A stretch of DNA of 63,266 nt, the filler included, from Lophium mytilinum (lineage: Eukaryota): assembly GCA_010093605.1 (NCBI GenBank). It is 14 parts of 4 records of this genome, joined end to end, with 100 filler letters (N's around TTAATTAATTAA, not from the genome) between each part and the next. Parts side by side here need not be neighbours in the genome. Positions count along the whole stretch, not along the records: positions 1 to 15,166 come from MU004188.1; 13 more parts are not named here. One strand, 5' to 3'. The stretch's first letter is position 1; each line of letters begins with the position of its first letter. The notes beneath the pieces were generated by a model. It saw only the letters and a program-made list of their open reading frames with translations. It was not told the origin of the DNA and did not search any database. Positions 1-14,254 of the stretch are shown here, piece after piece. The translations under genes were made by a program, and so were the position numbers.

Positions 1-3000
1 TATTATTAACTATATAGAACTAAGCTAGTATATCTACTAGATTATTACCCTCTATATAGGTAAGAATAATACTATATATTCTATTAGACCTCTAGTTCTT
101 CTACTATACTTTAAATATAATCTATACTTTAAGGCTAGATATAGTCTATAGCTCTATAACTATTACGCACATATATTAAAAAGTAAAGTTAGAGCCTTCT
201 ACTCCTCTAGTCTTCTAGTTCGCAACTAGAATATTAATAGCTGCTAGATTATTTTAATTATGCTTAAAGCTAGTATTAAATTACTTCTATTACTTAACTA
301 TTAGTAATAAATATAACTATATAAGCTTTTTAGTTAGTATAGTCTTTATAATTATCTAGTATTAATTATATTAGTTTATTAGATAATAATTACTAATTAT
401 AGATAGAGATAGGTAGTAACTTATAATATAGATAACTAAATTAACTATAGGCTCCTTACTAATAATTAGTATCTTTTTCTTCTTAGCTTAAATATATTAA
501 ACTATACTTCTAATCTTCTTTAGCTTTTCTAAATTAGCTAGTAGGTTAGTATACTATTTAGTAAGGGTACTCTTTAAGTCTATATAATTTATCTAGCCTA
601 TATTTTTAATATCTTCTAGAGTAAAGATTAGATTACTTATTAAGCTAAGCTTTTTCTATTATATCTTTAACTTAGCTAGCCTAGAAATTAATATAAAAAT
701 CCGGGGTAGCCTTTCTTTACCTAAGCCTATTAGAAAGGCGCCTAGACTAAAGAAAGGCGGCGGCTTATTAATTACTACTCTATATCTTAGCTAACTTTTA
801 TACTCTTTTTTAAGGTCTATATATCTCTCTCTAATAACTATATAGTACTTCTTAATAAAGGGTTTAAAGTAGTTAAGTATACTAACTATTACCTACTATA
901 TAATATAGAGCGGTATATCCTCTAAGAAAAGGCTATCTAGGCTAAGGCTTATTAGTATTCTATAGATGCTTATAGCTATAATTATATCTAATACTCTCTA
1001 GAGACGCCTAGATAATTTAGAATTATTCTATAGTTACTACTCTTTCTCTATTTTTAAGGTATAGTAGTAACCTCTAGCCCCTATAAGGTCTCCTTAATTA
1101 ATATACTAGAGGGTAGAGCCTTAATAAAGAACGTTAAACTTATCTCCTTTATCTATATTCTCTTTCTCTAACTTCTTATCTAGAAGAGTATTATCTAGGT
1201 TATCTTTAATATTAGTATTTAAGTTAGTTAGGTTTACTATTTAAGTTAGTGTCTATAAACCTCTATATAGTATAACTATTAAATATAATAGAGTTTTAGG
1301 GCTGCGGAGAAAAAAAGTTCTACTATAGAATAAGCCTCTAGGGCAGCTATATAGATTAGTAGCCTTATTAAACCCTTCTAAGTTCTAGCCCTAATAAACC
1401 TAATTAAGCGCATAGTTAATATTTACCTATTTATATATAGTTAGATAGAATATATACTAATACTATATAGACTTAATATAGCTAAAAGCTATAATATATA
1501 GAGATATATTATTAAATTCTAGATAGAACTTATTAAAAAAAACGGCCCTATATATATATATAGGGGTTACTTTATTACTATATAATAGATTATAGAATAT
1601 TATAAAGGTCTCTAGTAAGTTTAAATTCTTATTATATTTTTTATTAAAGGTCTCCGCGCTTATAATAATAAGGTAGGTTTTTACTTTTAAATTTAGCTTA
1701 TACTATACCTAACTATTTATTTCTTAGTAGATAGGCCTAAGGTTCTTCTAGTTTTTAGGGGTAAGGTTACCCTTTATAATACTTCTATATATATGCTAGA
1801 TATAAAGTCTTCTACTAGAAACCTTAAAATTCTTATTCTTATATTTAATATTTAGCTAGTATTTTACCTTCTTATAGGTCTAATTTAGTAGACTCTTTTT
1901 AGTAAGCTAAATAATGCAGCCTTTAACGCTACTAGAATATAGAGTATTAGTACTAGCCTCTCTAGTATAAGTAGTAAATACTATTAATATTTATAAAGTT
2001 TTTTCTATCCTAGAAGAGTTTATAAGAATTAGCCTATACGCTCTACTAGTAAGACCTTAGATAATACTATATATCCCGGCTACCTAGTATAGAGCTATAT
2101 ATATTTTTAGGTTAGTAGTTATTTCTAGTAGCTTAAAGATTATATTACTAGAAAAATTCCTATATATTAGAGGTAAATTAAAAAACTATAGCACCTTCTT
2201 AAATACTACTACTAAGATATTCTTTATAGAGCTTAATATTAGGGCTATTATAGTAGTAATATTAATAGTATCTACCTTCTCTATATTAGCTATAATTATT
2301 TTATTTATATTTATAGAGAGTCTAGTCTTACTAAAACTATATATATTAAATTTAAGTATAGCTATAATATTAATACTACTAATTACTATATTCTCTATAA
2401 CTTAGGTATTACTAGAAATAGTCTAGCTACTCTCTATAGTAACTATAAGCGCATAGAGTTATTTTTAGATAGTTAAATACTAAGTAGTTCTAGGCCTAAG
2501 CGCTCTAAGCTACTATATAACCTTATTATAGATAATACTAGGCTAAATAGAATTATATATTAACTTAGTATATAGCTAGATAATATTAAGTATCTATTAA
2601 ATTAGTTATACTTTCTTCTTTATTTATAGCTTCTATACCTTTTTCTCTACTAGTAGTTTCTACTTTCTTTATTTCTTTTACTCTACTATTTCTTCTAGCT
2701 ATTTCTACCTCTTTACTTTCTCTTTAGTTATAGTTTTAGCTAGCTTTCTCTTCTTCTATTCTATCTACTTTTTAGCCTTTTCTACTATTACTATATCTAC
2801 TAGCTCTCTCTTCTTTATCTCTTTCTTCTTTATTTCTTTCTTCTTTCTTTCTTTCTCTACTTTTACTATTTCTACTAGTACTTTCTCTACTAGCACTTTT
2901 TCTACTAGCTCTTTCTCTACTAACTCTTTTTTCTTCTTTTCTTTCTCTTTCTTTTCTCTCTCTACTTTCGCTATTTCTACTAGCTCTTTCTTTTTTTTTT

Positions 3001-4387
3001 TTTTCTCTTCTTTTACTATATCTACTAGCTATTTCTACTTCTCCCCTTTATTCTACTCTATAGTAGAATTAACTCTATTTATATTAGCTATATATATATC
3101 TAGACTTATAGTTAAGTTAATAATTATTTTATTTAAAGTATTAGTAGTAGTAGGTTTAGGTAGACCCTTAGCTATAGCAGCCTTAAACTTACTATAGCGG
3201 GGGCGTTTCTTAGCCGGGCGGATACTAGGGGGCAGAGACTTAAGAAAGTACGGACCTAGCTATATATTAGTTAGTAGTAATATTTAATAATTAATAATAA
3301 TTAATATATATCTAGTCTTAAGTTTAAATATTATCTTTCTAATATTAAGGCCCTTTACTATAAAACTAAATACTATCTCTTTAGATATACTCTTTATTTC
3401 CTCTAATAGTATAGTTAAATAGAAGTTATTCTTTATTAACTTCTAGGTTCTATTAACTATAATAATATACTCTAGAGGGTTAAAGTTTATAAAAGTTCTA
3501 TTAATAGCTTCTAGAAACTTTATAAAGCTATAGTTTTCTAGCTCTAGGCCTTTACTACTAGACCTTATAAAATAGAAAGTAAAAAGGCGTCTAGTACTTT
3601 TTTACTATAGTAGCTAGTATATTATAGTAAGGACTGCGTATAATAGCTAGAGCTTAAATAGAGTATTTTAGGTAGTAATATCTAGGGATTTTATTAGAGA
3701 GCTAAGGCCTGCTAATATAACTAACTTTATAGATAAGACTAACTTAGACTACTTTTACTTTTTATTACTTTTAATAATACTACTCTATATTTTATATTTC
3801 TTATAGACTTTATACTAGATTAATATCTAATATACTTACTTCTACTTAGCTAATATAAGAGACTTCTTAAATATATAACTCTATATATCTATAAAAAGTA
3901 TATATATTTTAGACTAAGTATTTAAGTAGATATTATTCTTACTATAGTTATTTTAGCCTAGTTATAAAAAATATTTTATCTATAGGTATACTTTAGAGTT
4001 CTCTATTAGTATAAATAAGTTAGCTTCTATCTAGTACTATACCTTAGAAGCTAGACTTAAGCTAGCTATAATATTTATTTAACTTAAGTAGCCTTTAGAG
4101 TTCTTAGTAAAATTAGATACTACCTTACTCTATATAGATATATTATATAGTAGATCTACTAGAGATATTATAGCCTTTTTCTAAGTAGGTCTAGAGTATT
4201 AGTAGCTACTATAGGAAGGCTAGTAGCTATAGTAGTTATCTAGCTTATCTAGCTCTAAATTACTATTATAGTCTACTTAACTAGAGTCTATACTTAATAA
4301 CTATTTATCTAGGTTAAACTTCTTATTATTTTAATTATTAGAGAGGCGTTATTAGTAACTAGTATATTAACCTAATTCTTTAGCTAT
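1..4387 (-). pseudogene. SNF2-family ATPase gene relic (copy 1, runs off the window start)
   Basis: Reverse-complement match with no net indel to 57544-61930, where the helicase motifs were read. Confidence 0.85.
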
Positions 4388-5812
4388 ATTAGGTAAATAA
4401 GATAAGAAGTTAGAGTATAAAAAAGGTAGATAGAAGAAGGTAGAGTTAGTAGATAGAATAGCATTATATAGCAATATAGGTAAGAGCGGGCGGAAGGCTA
4501 ATAATATTAGATAAATAGTAATAGTAAGTAATAAGTAAGGTAGTTACTTACCTATAAAGTTATAATAGTAGACGCTACTTATAGTATAATTAACCTTAGA
4601 ATTACGCGCGTTAAAAAATAAGGCAACTATAGTAGAAAATATATAAATCTATATATACTAGTAATAGAAGTAGCTACTTTTAGTTATACTTTTAAATAGG
4701 TATAATATCTATTAAAGAAGTACTTATAGAGCGGTACTAGAAATATAGTAAGTATAGATAAGCCTAAGGTATAGAGAAGAAAGTTAGTATATAAGAAAGA
4801 AAGGAGAAAAAGAAGAGAAAGAGAGAAGAGAGAGATAGAGAAGGAGGAGGATAAGAAAGAGAAGATAGATAAGAATAGTAGATAAGAATTAGAATTAAAA
4901 GGCTAGATAGAAGGTAAAGTTTAAAGTAGTATATAATTAAGTATATAATTAGTAAATAGGCTATATTATAATATAATAGAAGTAAAGAGTTATATAGCTT
5001 AAAAAACTCTACTACCTAATAATTAGTAATAATCGGCCTCTATCTTAATATTTATCTATACCTATTAGCTTTTAGTAATACTTAATAGATTAGTAATAAC
5101 TTCTATTTAATATTACCTTCTACTTACCTAGGTTAGTTAATATAGAAAGAAAGGCTAATTTCTATATATAGGTGCCCCCCTCTATTATTTAAGTTAGCGT
5201 TATAAGCTTTACTAGATTAGCGGCTAATAGATTAAGGTTTTTAGAATAGAAAGAGAAGTTAGCTATAGCTATCTAAGAAGGTACTATACTACTTATTATT
5301 ACCTAAGCTACTATACACCTCTCTATCTTTAATAGTAGCTTATTATCTACTAAAGTTACGCCCTATAAGCTAGTAGATAGTAGTACTAATTTATATATCT
5401 TTTTACTATCTACTCTTTTTATAAGTATTACTAATTTAGCTTATACTATAGAATAGCTTACTTACCTACTTTCTTTCTTACTAAATAAGTACTTTTACTT
5501 TCTAGCCCCTCTATTAGCGCGTATACTACCTCTATATAGAGAACGCCTACTTTAACCTATTTAGAAAAACTAGTATTACCTATCTATATATTTATTATAC
5601 TTCTTATTTACTTACTTACCCCTACTAGTACTAGGCTAACTATAGTCTATATTTAACTAGCCTATATATCTTTCTCTCTTATAGCCCTCTACTACTCTAG
5701 GTAGTACTTTCTAGAGGCTCTACTTAGTAGTTTCTACTCTCTCTCTATCTCTTATAGCTCGCGCTCTAGTAACTAGGTTAGCGCACTTCTTCTTATAGAT
5801 TTAGTCTTTCTA

Positions 5813-6012
5813 TATTATAGCTATATAATTATGCATAATATATAACTAGAGGTTATATAATAGAGGCTCTATAGAATAGGTAAATATTACTCCACCCTTT
5901 AGGTTATTATAACGCCCGTTCTAGGAACCTCTTTCTCTTTTATATTTATCTTTTGTTAATATTAATACTATTTAATCTAATAATTCTAATATTTTAACCT
6001 TAAGCCCTAATA
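5813..6012 (+). repeat. 5' LTR of element A
   Basis: TATTATAG...CCCTAATA (RIP-altered TG...CA ends); direct repeat of 14255-14454. Confidence 0.95.
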
Positions 6013-6013
6013 T

Positions 6014-6023
6014 AAGATAAATA
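6014..6023 (+). promoter_or_regulatory. Primer-binding site of element A, self-priming type
   Basis: AAGATAAATA, 1 nt after the LTR, is the exact complement of TATTTATCTT at 5943-5952 inside the LTR. Confidence 0.6.
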
Positions 6024-6376
6024 CCCTCCTAGCTTCTAGAAGTAATAGAAGTAACCCCTAGAAAATTTTCTATAATAGAGTGCGCTCTTATAATAAGCTG
6101 TAGTATACTTATACCTTTAAATATAGTAACTATTAGTAGAGTTGCGGACCCCTAATAAAGACTATACTAATATAGTATTCTATTAGCAGCGCCGCGGGCC
6201 TCTAATAAAGCGATCTAACTATTATACGCAACATTAGATAATAGACCTTATAACTATAGTAGTACTTATAAGCCCCTATAATAGAGGGATAGTAATAGCA
6301 CTCTAGAAAGTTCTTACTAATTATATTAATTACTTTAATAGCTCTATAACTTCTTTTTCTATTTTACTATTACGCA

Positions 6377-6600
6377 TAGAGACTAACGCCCGGAAAGCTT
6401 AGTATTAGTAATAGCGTATACACGCGCCTAGTATTACTAATTAATTACTATTACTATATAGAGACTAACGCCCGGAAAGCTTAGTATTAATAACGGCTAG
6501 CCTATATGCACGCTTAGTATTATAGAATAAATATCTATAGACTACCTATTTTCTATATACTACCTATTTTCTATATACTACCCGTTTTATAAATAGACTA
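6377..6600 (+). repeat. 5' leader repeats of element A (82-bp-period duplication and 18-bp unit x3)
   Basis: TAGAGACTAACGCCCGGAAAGCTTAGTATTA at 6377 and 6459; ACTACCTATTTTCTATAT repeated from 6541. Confidence 0.85.
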
Positions 6601-6798
6601 CCTAATATTATTATTTACTATAACTCCCTAGGTAGTCCCGCGGCTATACGCAACTAGCACTACCCTCTTAAACCTTCCACGCGTCTAAGAACGCGTAGTA
6701 AATAATCTAAATTTAATAGGCCCTCGCATATAAATTTAACACCTTACTTCTTTAAGTTTTCTTTCTTCTATACTAACCTTTTTTCTCTACCTTCTTAT

Positions 6799-9438
6799 AT
6801 AGCTAACCCTAACTACTATACTTTTAACCGCGCTAAAGCCTTATAGTTTAGTAACTCTATCTCTAGTAGACGCCCTAAATGCCTATTTAGTAACGCTAAT
6901 AGTATTTCTATTAATCCCCGCCGTATTAGCATTATATTATATTAAGAAGGCGCCCTAAACCTATAGCACCTTCTTATAGAAGATAATAATAATAATATAA
7001 TATAGATTAATTACAGCCCGCAGCCTCTACTTATTTAGCTAGTAAACCTACCCTTCTAGGCAACTTAGTTCTAATCTTAAATACTAGCTACTACCTTATA
7101 GCTAGCTCTATCTATTAGACTAGTCCCCCCTATTACACCCGCCGAGCTCTAATATTATTAAACTAAGTTTAGTACTATAGATAAGCCCCTACTAGTTACT
7201 CTAGCTTCTTTAGTATAGACTATAGCAGGAGAGACTATTAGTAGCTATATACTAGGCACCTTCTATTTACCTACTAAACTTAATAATATAACTACTAGAC
7301 TTAATAATATAGCTATAGGACTTAAGAACACTGCCGCCTATAATAAGGACTCCTTCTCTAACTTTAATTCGGCCGATAAATACAACTATTAAGAGGAGGA
7401 ACGCCAGTTTAATAATAACGCAGATAATAAAGTTAATAAACTTAAGATAGCCTATTAAGGTATTACTATTAATACTTCTAATGCTATAGCCTACTATAAT
7501 ATAATTTATAAGCCTAACTATTAATCCCGCAACCCTAAGTATCTATAAATACTACCTATTTATAGTATTTCCTTCTCTAATATATTTCTATTATAATACT
7601 AATCTACCCGCGTTAAATCTATTACTAGACTTAATACTTCTAACCTAGCCTAGTAAGTAGCGGGTATAGGACGGAGTAATAGGCACTGCACTATAATACG
7701 CGCTAAGGATTATTAGTAGTTATATCTAGCTATTACGTAGCGCGTAAATAGCTCTATCTTTAAGATATACTATAGAGACGGCATTTACTAGTAATATAAA
7801 CTATAAGTTCTATAGAATCTTATTAAAGACATCTAACTAGTACTAGAATAGTAGTAGAACTATATTATACTAGCTTACTAAGATAGTAATAACTATAAGT
7901 ATAAAATAAATATTACTGTATAGAAATAAAACGCCGCTAATACTACTATTAAGAAACTAAATAAAAAGTATTTACTTACTAATAGCAAACTTAATAAGCT
8001 CCGGACGCAAGTCTGCACCCTTAACTATAAGCTTAAGTCTAAGTAGATAGAGTTAGCTTATATATAACGCCTATATAATAAAAAGTATACTAACTTCTAG
8101 GCCTAAACTCTTTAGCTTAATAACCTAGAAGCTAAATACTAATAGGCCTTAATGCAAATTACCTAGCTTAAAGCTTAAGTCTAATAGAATATATTAGTAG
8201 AATAACCTAATAATCTACACGTGGATAAATACCCTAATTATAATTCTACTAATAACGCTTCTTCTCTACTACTAGTAGGTCTATACACTCTTAACCTAGA
8301 TAACTTCTAATATAACCGCGTTCTAGGTTAATACTTTATAATAGCCGGAGGAGGAGGGGGTAACCTAGATTTAAGCTAACTAGAAGGTTTTACCTAGCTA
8401 TAAGTATACAGGCCTATCTATTCTTAATTTAGATAATAAGGCCCTCGCCCTAAATATATACATCTATAGGATTTTAAATCGGAAGCTTTAGCTTACGTAG
8501 CCTAGAAGAACTACTTAATTTACTTAGTTTAAGTAGACTAGTAGACTTACTCTATAGCTATAATCTAAATATAGCTTGCTATTAGCTACTATAAGAGGCG
8601 TGCATATAAGGTTATAGAAGACTGTAGTCTTCTTATATCTACTAACCCGTATTAATTACTTAAGGAACTTATCTAGAACCTAGACGCTATATTCTAAGAG
8701 AGTAACACTATTTATTATAATTGCCTTCTTAACTAGCTTAATAGTAAGGGTATAAAATAATAATATAATAAAAAGACGTCTAACTTTCTATAACGCCTTA
8801 ATATTATTCTTAACGGGCTTAAGTATAGTAAAATTAACAACGGCCTCGCTACTTAATACTATTACCTTAAGGAAACACTGCATATAGATCTCGCGGAACA
8901 TATTAATTTTAGCTTATTAACCTAGCACTAGGTTAAAGATAATATCCTATATAAGGACCGTTATTATATTTAACGCAAAAAATAAGCTAATAAAGAGCTT
9001 CTTACTATATAAATCTTAGTACGCCGCTTAAATAATATACACGCGCAGGATAGCCGTTATAATTTAAACCGCGCCCGGCGCAGTAAAGTATCTACTACTA
9101 AAACTAATAACTATATTATAATTAAGAAAACTACTACTATTCCGCTGCTAAGTGTTCTACTATACATCCGCCTGCGCCTTAGCAAGGAAGGACGTTGCTT
9201 TAGCTGCTTTAAGAAGAACTACTGCGCTAGTAACCCTAAGTGCACTATAGCCGGAAAGACTATATTAGAGGCTTAGCGTAATAAGTGCCTTACCGCCGCT
9301 AGCATTAATAGTATAGAACTTAATGCCTTTAACTATAGTAGTAACTAGAAGTATTAGTATAAATATAAATATAAGAATAAATAAGGATAAGATAATAATA
9401 ACTAAGGGGTTTACTCTAATAGTTTAGAAAACGCTTAA
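6799..9438 (+). pseudogene. gag: gag of element A (~880 codons, RIP-disrupted)
   Basis: Probable start ATA(ATG)GCT at 6799, in frame with the 3' end. Zinc knuckle GRCFSCFKKN(H)xASxPKC at about 9190-9243. Ends with TAA at 9436-9438. Confidence 0.8.
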
Positions 9439-12400
9439 TCTCTAATAAAAGTTATTATTAGAGATAGTTAAAAGACACGCTAGCTTAAGCTCTCGCATAT
9501 ATCTAGAAGCTTAAGCTACCTTCTCTAAAGCCCCCTAATATTAAACTCTTAGCTTACGCTATTAGACTTACCCTATTATTAAGCAAATAGATAGACTTTA
9601 ACTATAGAATTAAGACTTTAACTAGAATAGTTAAATCTATAGTTTTTATAGACTCTAGATGCGGTAGATTTATATTTATCTCTATAAGCTTTATAAGACA
9701 CTATAAGCTTAATATCTGCAAGGCTACTTTATAAAATATTAAACTACTAGACGGCTCTATATTAGTTATTAATAGAGTAGCTAAAGTTACTATATAGATT
9801 AAAGAATACTATAATAAGTTCTAGGCTCTTATCTATAACCTAAAGGGCTATAATATTATTCTTAGTATAGGCTAGCTTATAATGTATAATACTTATATAA
9901 AATTTAGTACCTAAATAATATAGCTAGATTTAGACTACTACTACTTTTAGTACCTAGTTAATTATAAACCTATCTATATCTAGTCTAAAGACCCTATTAC
10001 CTGCACTAGTAAGCGCCTCTTCTAGTAGAAGCTTAATACTTAGCTCGCCGCTTTTAAGGCGCTTAATATTAATACAGTATCCGGCGATAAATATTTATAC
10101 AACGCCTAGTAATTACTAGAGAAAGATACTATCTATATATAGCCTAAGTACTTTAAACTAGCCCTTATAGATAAGAAAGTAAAAGCCCTAGCGCACGCTA
10201 AAGAATAACTATATAAACCTAGTAACATTATTATAGACCTAGCTAACTTTACTAATAATTTAGTAGCTATTAGTCTCTATGCTATGTTTAAAGATAATTA
10301 ATAGAAATTCTTTAAGAAGATAGACTGCACTCCTATAACTTATAAAGAACTTAAGGCGCTTATACCTTAGAAATATTAGGGCTTCCTTAATATATAGAAC
10401 CTAAAGAAAGCTAATAAACTACTACCGCGTTATAAAGCTAAAGATAGTATAGATATTAATTACTATATTAACATTAAACCTAGTACTAAAGCTCTAGCTT
10501 AAAAAGTATATAGCCTCTTACGCAATAAAACGTTAGTAGTTAAAACCTTTATTAATAAAATATACGGGAAAGGCTATATTAGAAAAAGTAATAGCTAATA
10601 TACCGCCCCTATTATTATTATCCGTAAGCTAGAAGGAGGCCTTTGCATTTATATAGACTATTAAGGTCTTAACACTATTATAATTAAGGCCCGCAACATC
10701 TCTCTAGCTATAAAGAATACCTTAGCCTTACTTAAACACGCCTAATACTATACTAAGTTTAATATTATTACTACATTTAACGCTATTTAAATGTAAGAGG
10801 GTAATAAAAAGTATACAGCATTCCTTATAAGATACGGCCTATTTAAATTTACTGTTCTACCCTTTAGCTTATATAATGCCCTAGCAACGTTTTAAGCCTT
10901 TATTAATAATATCCTTCTAGAATACTTAGATAATTTCTATATAGCTTATCTTAATAACATTCTTATTTTTAGTAAGATATTAGAAGAATATATAGAATAC
11001 ATTAAAAAGGTCCTCTAGCAACTCTATAAGGCTAGTCTCTTCCTTAATATTACTAAGTACAAATTCTATAAGCAGGAAGTTAAGTATCTAGGCGTTATTA
11101 TTAGCGTTAACGGCCTTAAGATAGACCTAGCTAAGGTTAAGATAGTTATTAACTAGCTATAGCTATAGAACCTCTATAATGTATAAGCTTTTCTAGGCTT
11201 CTATAACTTCTACTAGCGGTTTATTATCGCCTACTCTAATATTGCAGGACTACTTATAAGACTTACTAGAGCAGAGGTCTATAAGTAGTTTACTTTTCTA
11301 TAGTAGAAAGGTAGCTTAGAAGACTTCTCTTTTAAATAAATAAAATAAGCATTTATTAACGCTTCTTAGATAGCTTACTTTAATCTAGATCTAGAGACGT
11401 AGGTAGAATATAATGCATCTAACACTATTACGGCTGCTATATTATCTTAGATATAGGCTAATAGTATTCTCTATTCTATCGCGTTTATATCCTATTAAAT
11501 AAGCGCAGCGCAGCTTAATTACTAAATTTATAATAAAGAACTCCTTATAATTATCTATACCTTTAAAGAATAGCGCATAGAACTTACTAGTTACGGGCAT
11601 AGTAACCTAATTAAAGTCCTTTTAGATTACTAGACCCTGTAATACTTTATAGAGACTAAATAGCTTAACTAATAATAGGCTAGATAGGCTAAATTCCTCT
11701 CTAAGTTTAACTTCCGGATTATATATAGACCAGGCAAGAATAATAGTAAGGCTAATCTACTAACTAGACGCCTAGGTAATATACTAGATAAAAATAATAA
11801 GCATTATAAGATTTAGTAATAGATAATTCTTAAAGATTATAACCTAGAACTAGAAATATAATACACTATTAAACTAGCTTATATTATAACTAATAGCGTT
11901 ACCTATAATATAGTCTCTCTAGCAGTAATAATATACAACCTTAGTAAAGTAGAACCTAATTAAGGGAAGTCTTAGAGTAATCTTAATAAAGATCTATAGA
12001 AGCTACTAATGCAGAAGGAGTTATAGAGTAACCCTACTAACGGTGCCGTAGAGTAAGATATAGTAGATTATATATAGAAGGCCCTTATTAATAATACTAT
12101 TAGTAATACTATTAAAGACGCTATTAGAGCTAAGCTACGCCGCCTACTAATAGATATTATTAAAAACTACGGCGTTAAGCTTAAGCTTTACGATTATATA
12201 ATCTATAACAGCCTTATCTTTATTTAAAAGAACCGCCTATACATTTCTACTAAGAAGAAACTCCGGTTAGCTATTATTAAGAGCCTTTATAAGCTACTAC
12301 TAGTTAGCTATAGAGAAACTATATCTATATATAATTACGTCTTAATATATTACTTCTAGCTATAAATAACTTCTAATATTAACCGCTATATTAAGGCCTA

Positions 12401-13721
12401 CTAGCCGTGCAATTAGATAAAGCACGCCCGTAACGCAAAATAAGGCTTTCTTAAACCCCTTTCTATTTCTAAATAATATTAGATAGATCTTACTATTAAT
12501 TTTATCGGCCCCCTACTAATTTACTTATAATTTAGACAAGACTACTAATATATTATAGTAGTTGTTAATAGACTCTCTAAGATATAGAAGTTTATTCTAA
12601 TAGTTACAATAAACGCTAAGAAAGTAGCCTAGGCCTTTCTTAAATAGATATGGCGCACTAAAGAATACCTATAGTCTATTATTTCTAACTAAGAAGTATA
12701 GTTTATCTTAACTTTCTAGTCTTACCTATATAAACGCGTTAGAATAAAACTAAAACTCTCTACTACTTTCTATCTAGAAATAGATAGTTAAATAGAAATT
12801 ACTAATATAGGCCTAAAGCAGTACCTTTATGCATATATTAACTACTAATAAGATAACTAGGTTAACTTTCTTACTATTACTAAATTTAAAGCTAACTTAT
12901 TAAAGAATACCTCTACTAGAGTAGCGCCCTTTATAGCTACTAAAGGCTATATTCCTAGTGCGGGCACCGCGCTAGCCGCGTAATTACCTAAGAACACGAA
13001 TATAAACGCACTAATAGTTTATCTTATAAAACTTGCGGATAAATTTATTAATAGAATAGATAAGTTGCGCGCGTTCCTCTATATAGAAATTAAATGGGCC
13101 TAAGCTAAGTAAAAGAAATATACTAATGTAGAATAACGCCTAGCTTATATATATTACCTAGGTAATTAAGTTATACTTAATAGATAATTTATTAAAATAA
13201 ACCGCCTAAATAAGAAACTTAACTTTAAAAAGCTAGGCCCCTTTAAGATCCTTAAAAGCTATAAAAATAGTAGTGCCTATAAACTTAACTTACCTAAAGG
13301 CATAGAGAATTTACACCCGGTATTCTATCCTTAGCTTCTTTATCTAGCTAACGCCGTTTCTATAAAAGAATAACGTAATTCTAAGCCTCTACCTATTTAA
13401 ACTACGCCTATATACTAGAAAGGGAACGCTAAGAAAGTTATTAATTACTGCCTAGATAGAAGACGCCTTAACCTAAGTACTAGTAAGAGAGGCATGCTAT
13501 AATATAAGATTAAGTTTATTAGATAGAATAATAAACCCTAATAGAATAACTATAATTACGCTAATAGTTATCTATACCTTATAGTAGACTTCTACTACTA
13601 ATACCTAAAGAAACTAGGTTCTTATTTCTTATTTAGACTACTATTAGACTAGAAGCTAACTTTAGCTACTATTCTTGCTGCTATAGACCTCCGCATAACT
13701 AACGCTGCAGAAGCTATGTAA
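9426..13721 (+). pseudogene. pol: pol of element A (protease, RT, RNase H, integrase, chromodomain), -1 frame to gag
   Basis: Protease D-S-(G) at 9651; PF(G)L(C)NA(P)ATF ~10860; YL(DD)ILIFS ~10947; Y(Q)IY(D)KELL ~11520; (D)FIGPL ~12500; F(HP)E(T)D(GQ) ~12770; GPFKI ~13235; chromodomain-like L(Q)YKIKF..(W) ~13500. Confidence 0.95.
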
Positions 13722-13910
13722 TTTAATTACTAGACCGGCGGTTAAATTAATTTATTAAGGAGGCCTAACCGCGGACGTGCGCAATAATTATATAATATAA
13801 TAGCGCAGATTATTATAAGCACCTAGTAGTAGAATAGTAGCTATAAAGGCTATACGGCTTCTTATAGCCCTATTATAGCTAGCCCTAGTTTAAATAAATA
13901 AGGCTACTCT

Positions 13911-14085
13911 TAGTAAGACTGCGCATAGTAAGACTATATATAGTAATACTACGCATAATAATACTATATATATAATACTACGTATAGTAACACTATATAT
14001 AGTAATACTACTATACTAAAATAGTAAGGCTATAGTAGGCTGTATAAAAATAGAAAGGCTGCAGTAGGCTATATAAAAATAGAAA
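13911..14085 (+). repeat. 3' UTR tandem repeats of element A (15-bp unit x~7; 29-bp unit x2)
   Basis: TAGTAAGACTGCGCA-like units from 13911; AAGGCT(A/G)(T/C)AGTAGGCT(G/A)TATAAAAATAGA twice at about 14026-14083. Confidence 0.8.
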
Positions 14086-14240
14086 AAATAAGTAATCCTT
14101 TATAAATTAATTTATTTTCTTTATTTACTTACGGCTAAAACACAACTTAGCACTTTATTTAATAGATATTTAAGCGGGTACGGATACTCTAGTATAGAAA
14201 GAACTCTCTCTTATAAAAGCTTTAATTAGGGGGCTTCTTT

Positions 14241-14252
14241 AGAGGGGGGAGA
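14241..14252 (+). promoter_or_regulatory. Polypurine tract of element A
   Basis: AGAGGGGGGAGA two bases upstream of the 3' LTR. Confidence 0.85.
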
Positions 14253-14254
14253 CG

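Noticed and set aside
4630..5810. Possible small genes between the SNF2 gene and the upstream ORF
   Set aside because: Several frames look equally plausible and no motif was recognised, so the call cannot be supported.
13911..14010. CRISPR-like periodicity in short repeats
   Set aside because: Head-to-tail units without unique spacers, inside a eukaryotic retrotransposon.
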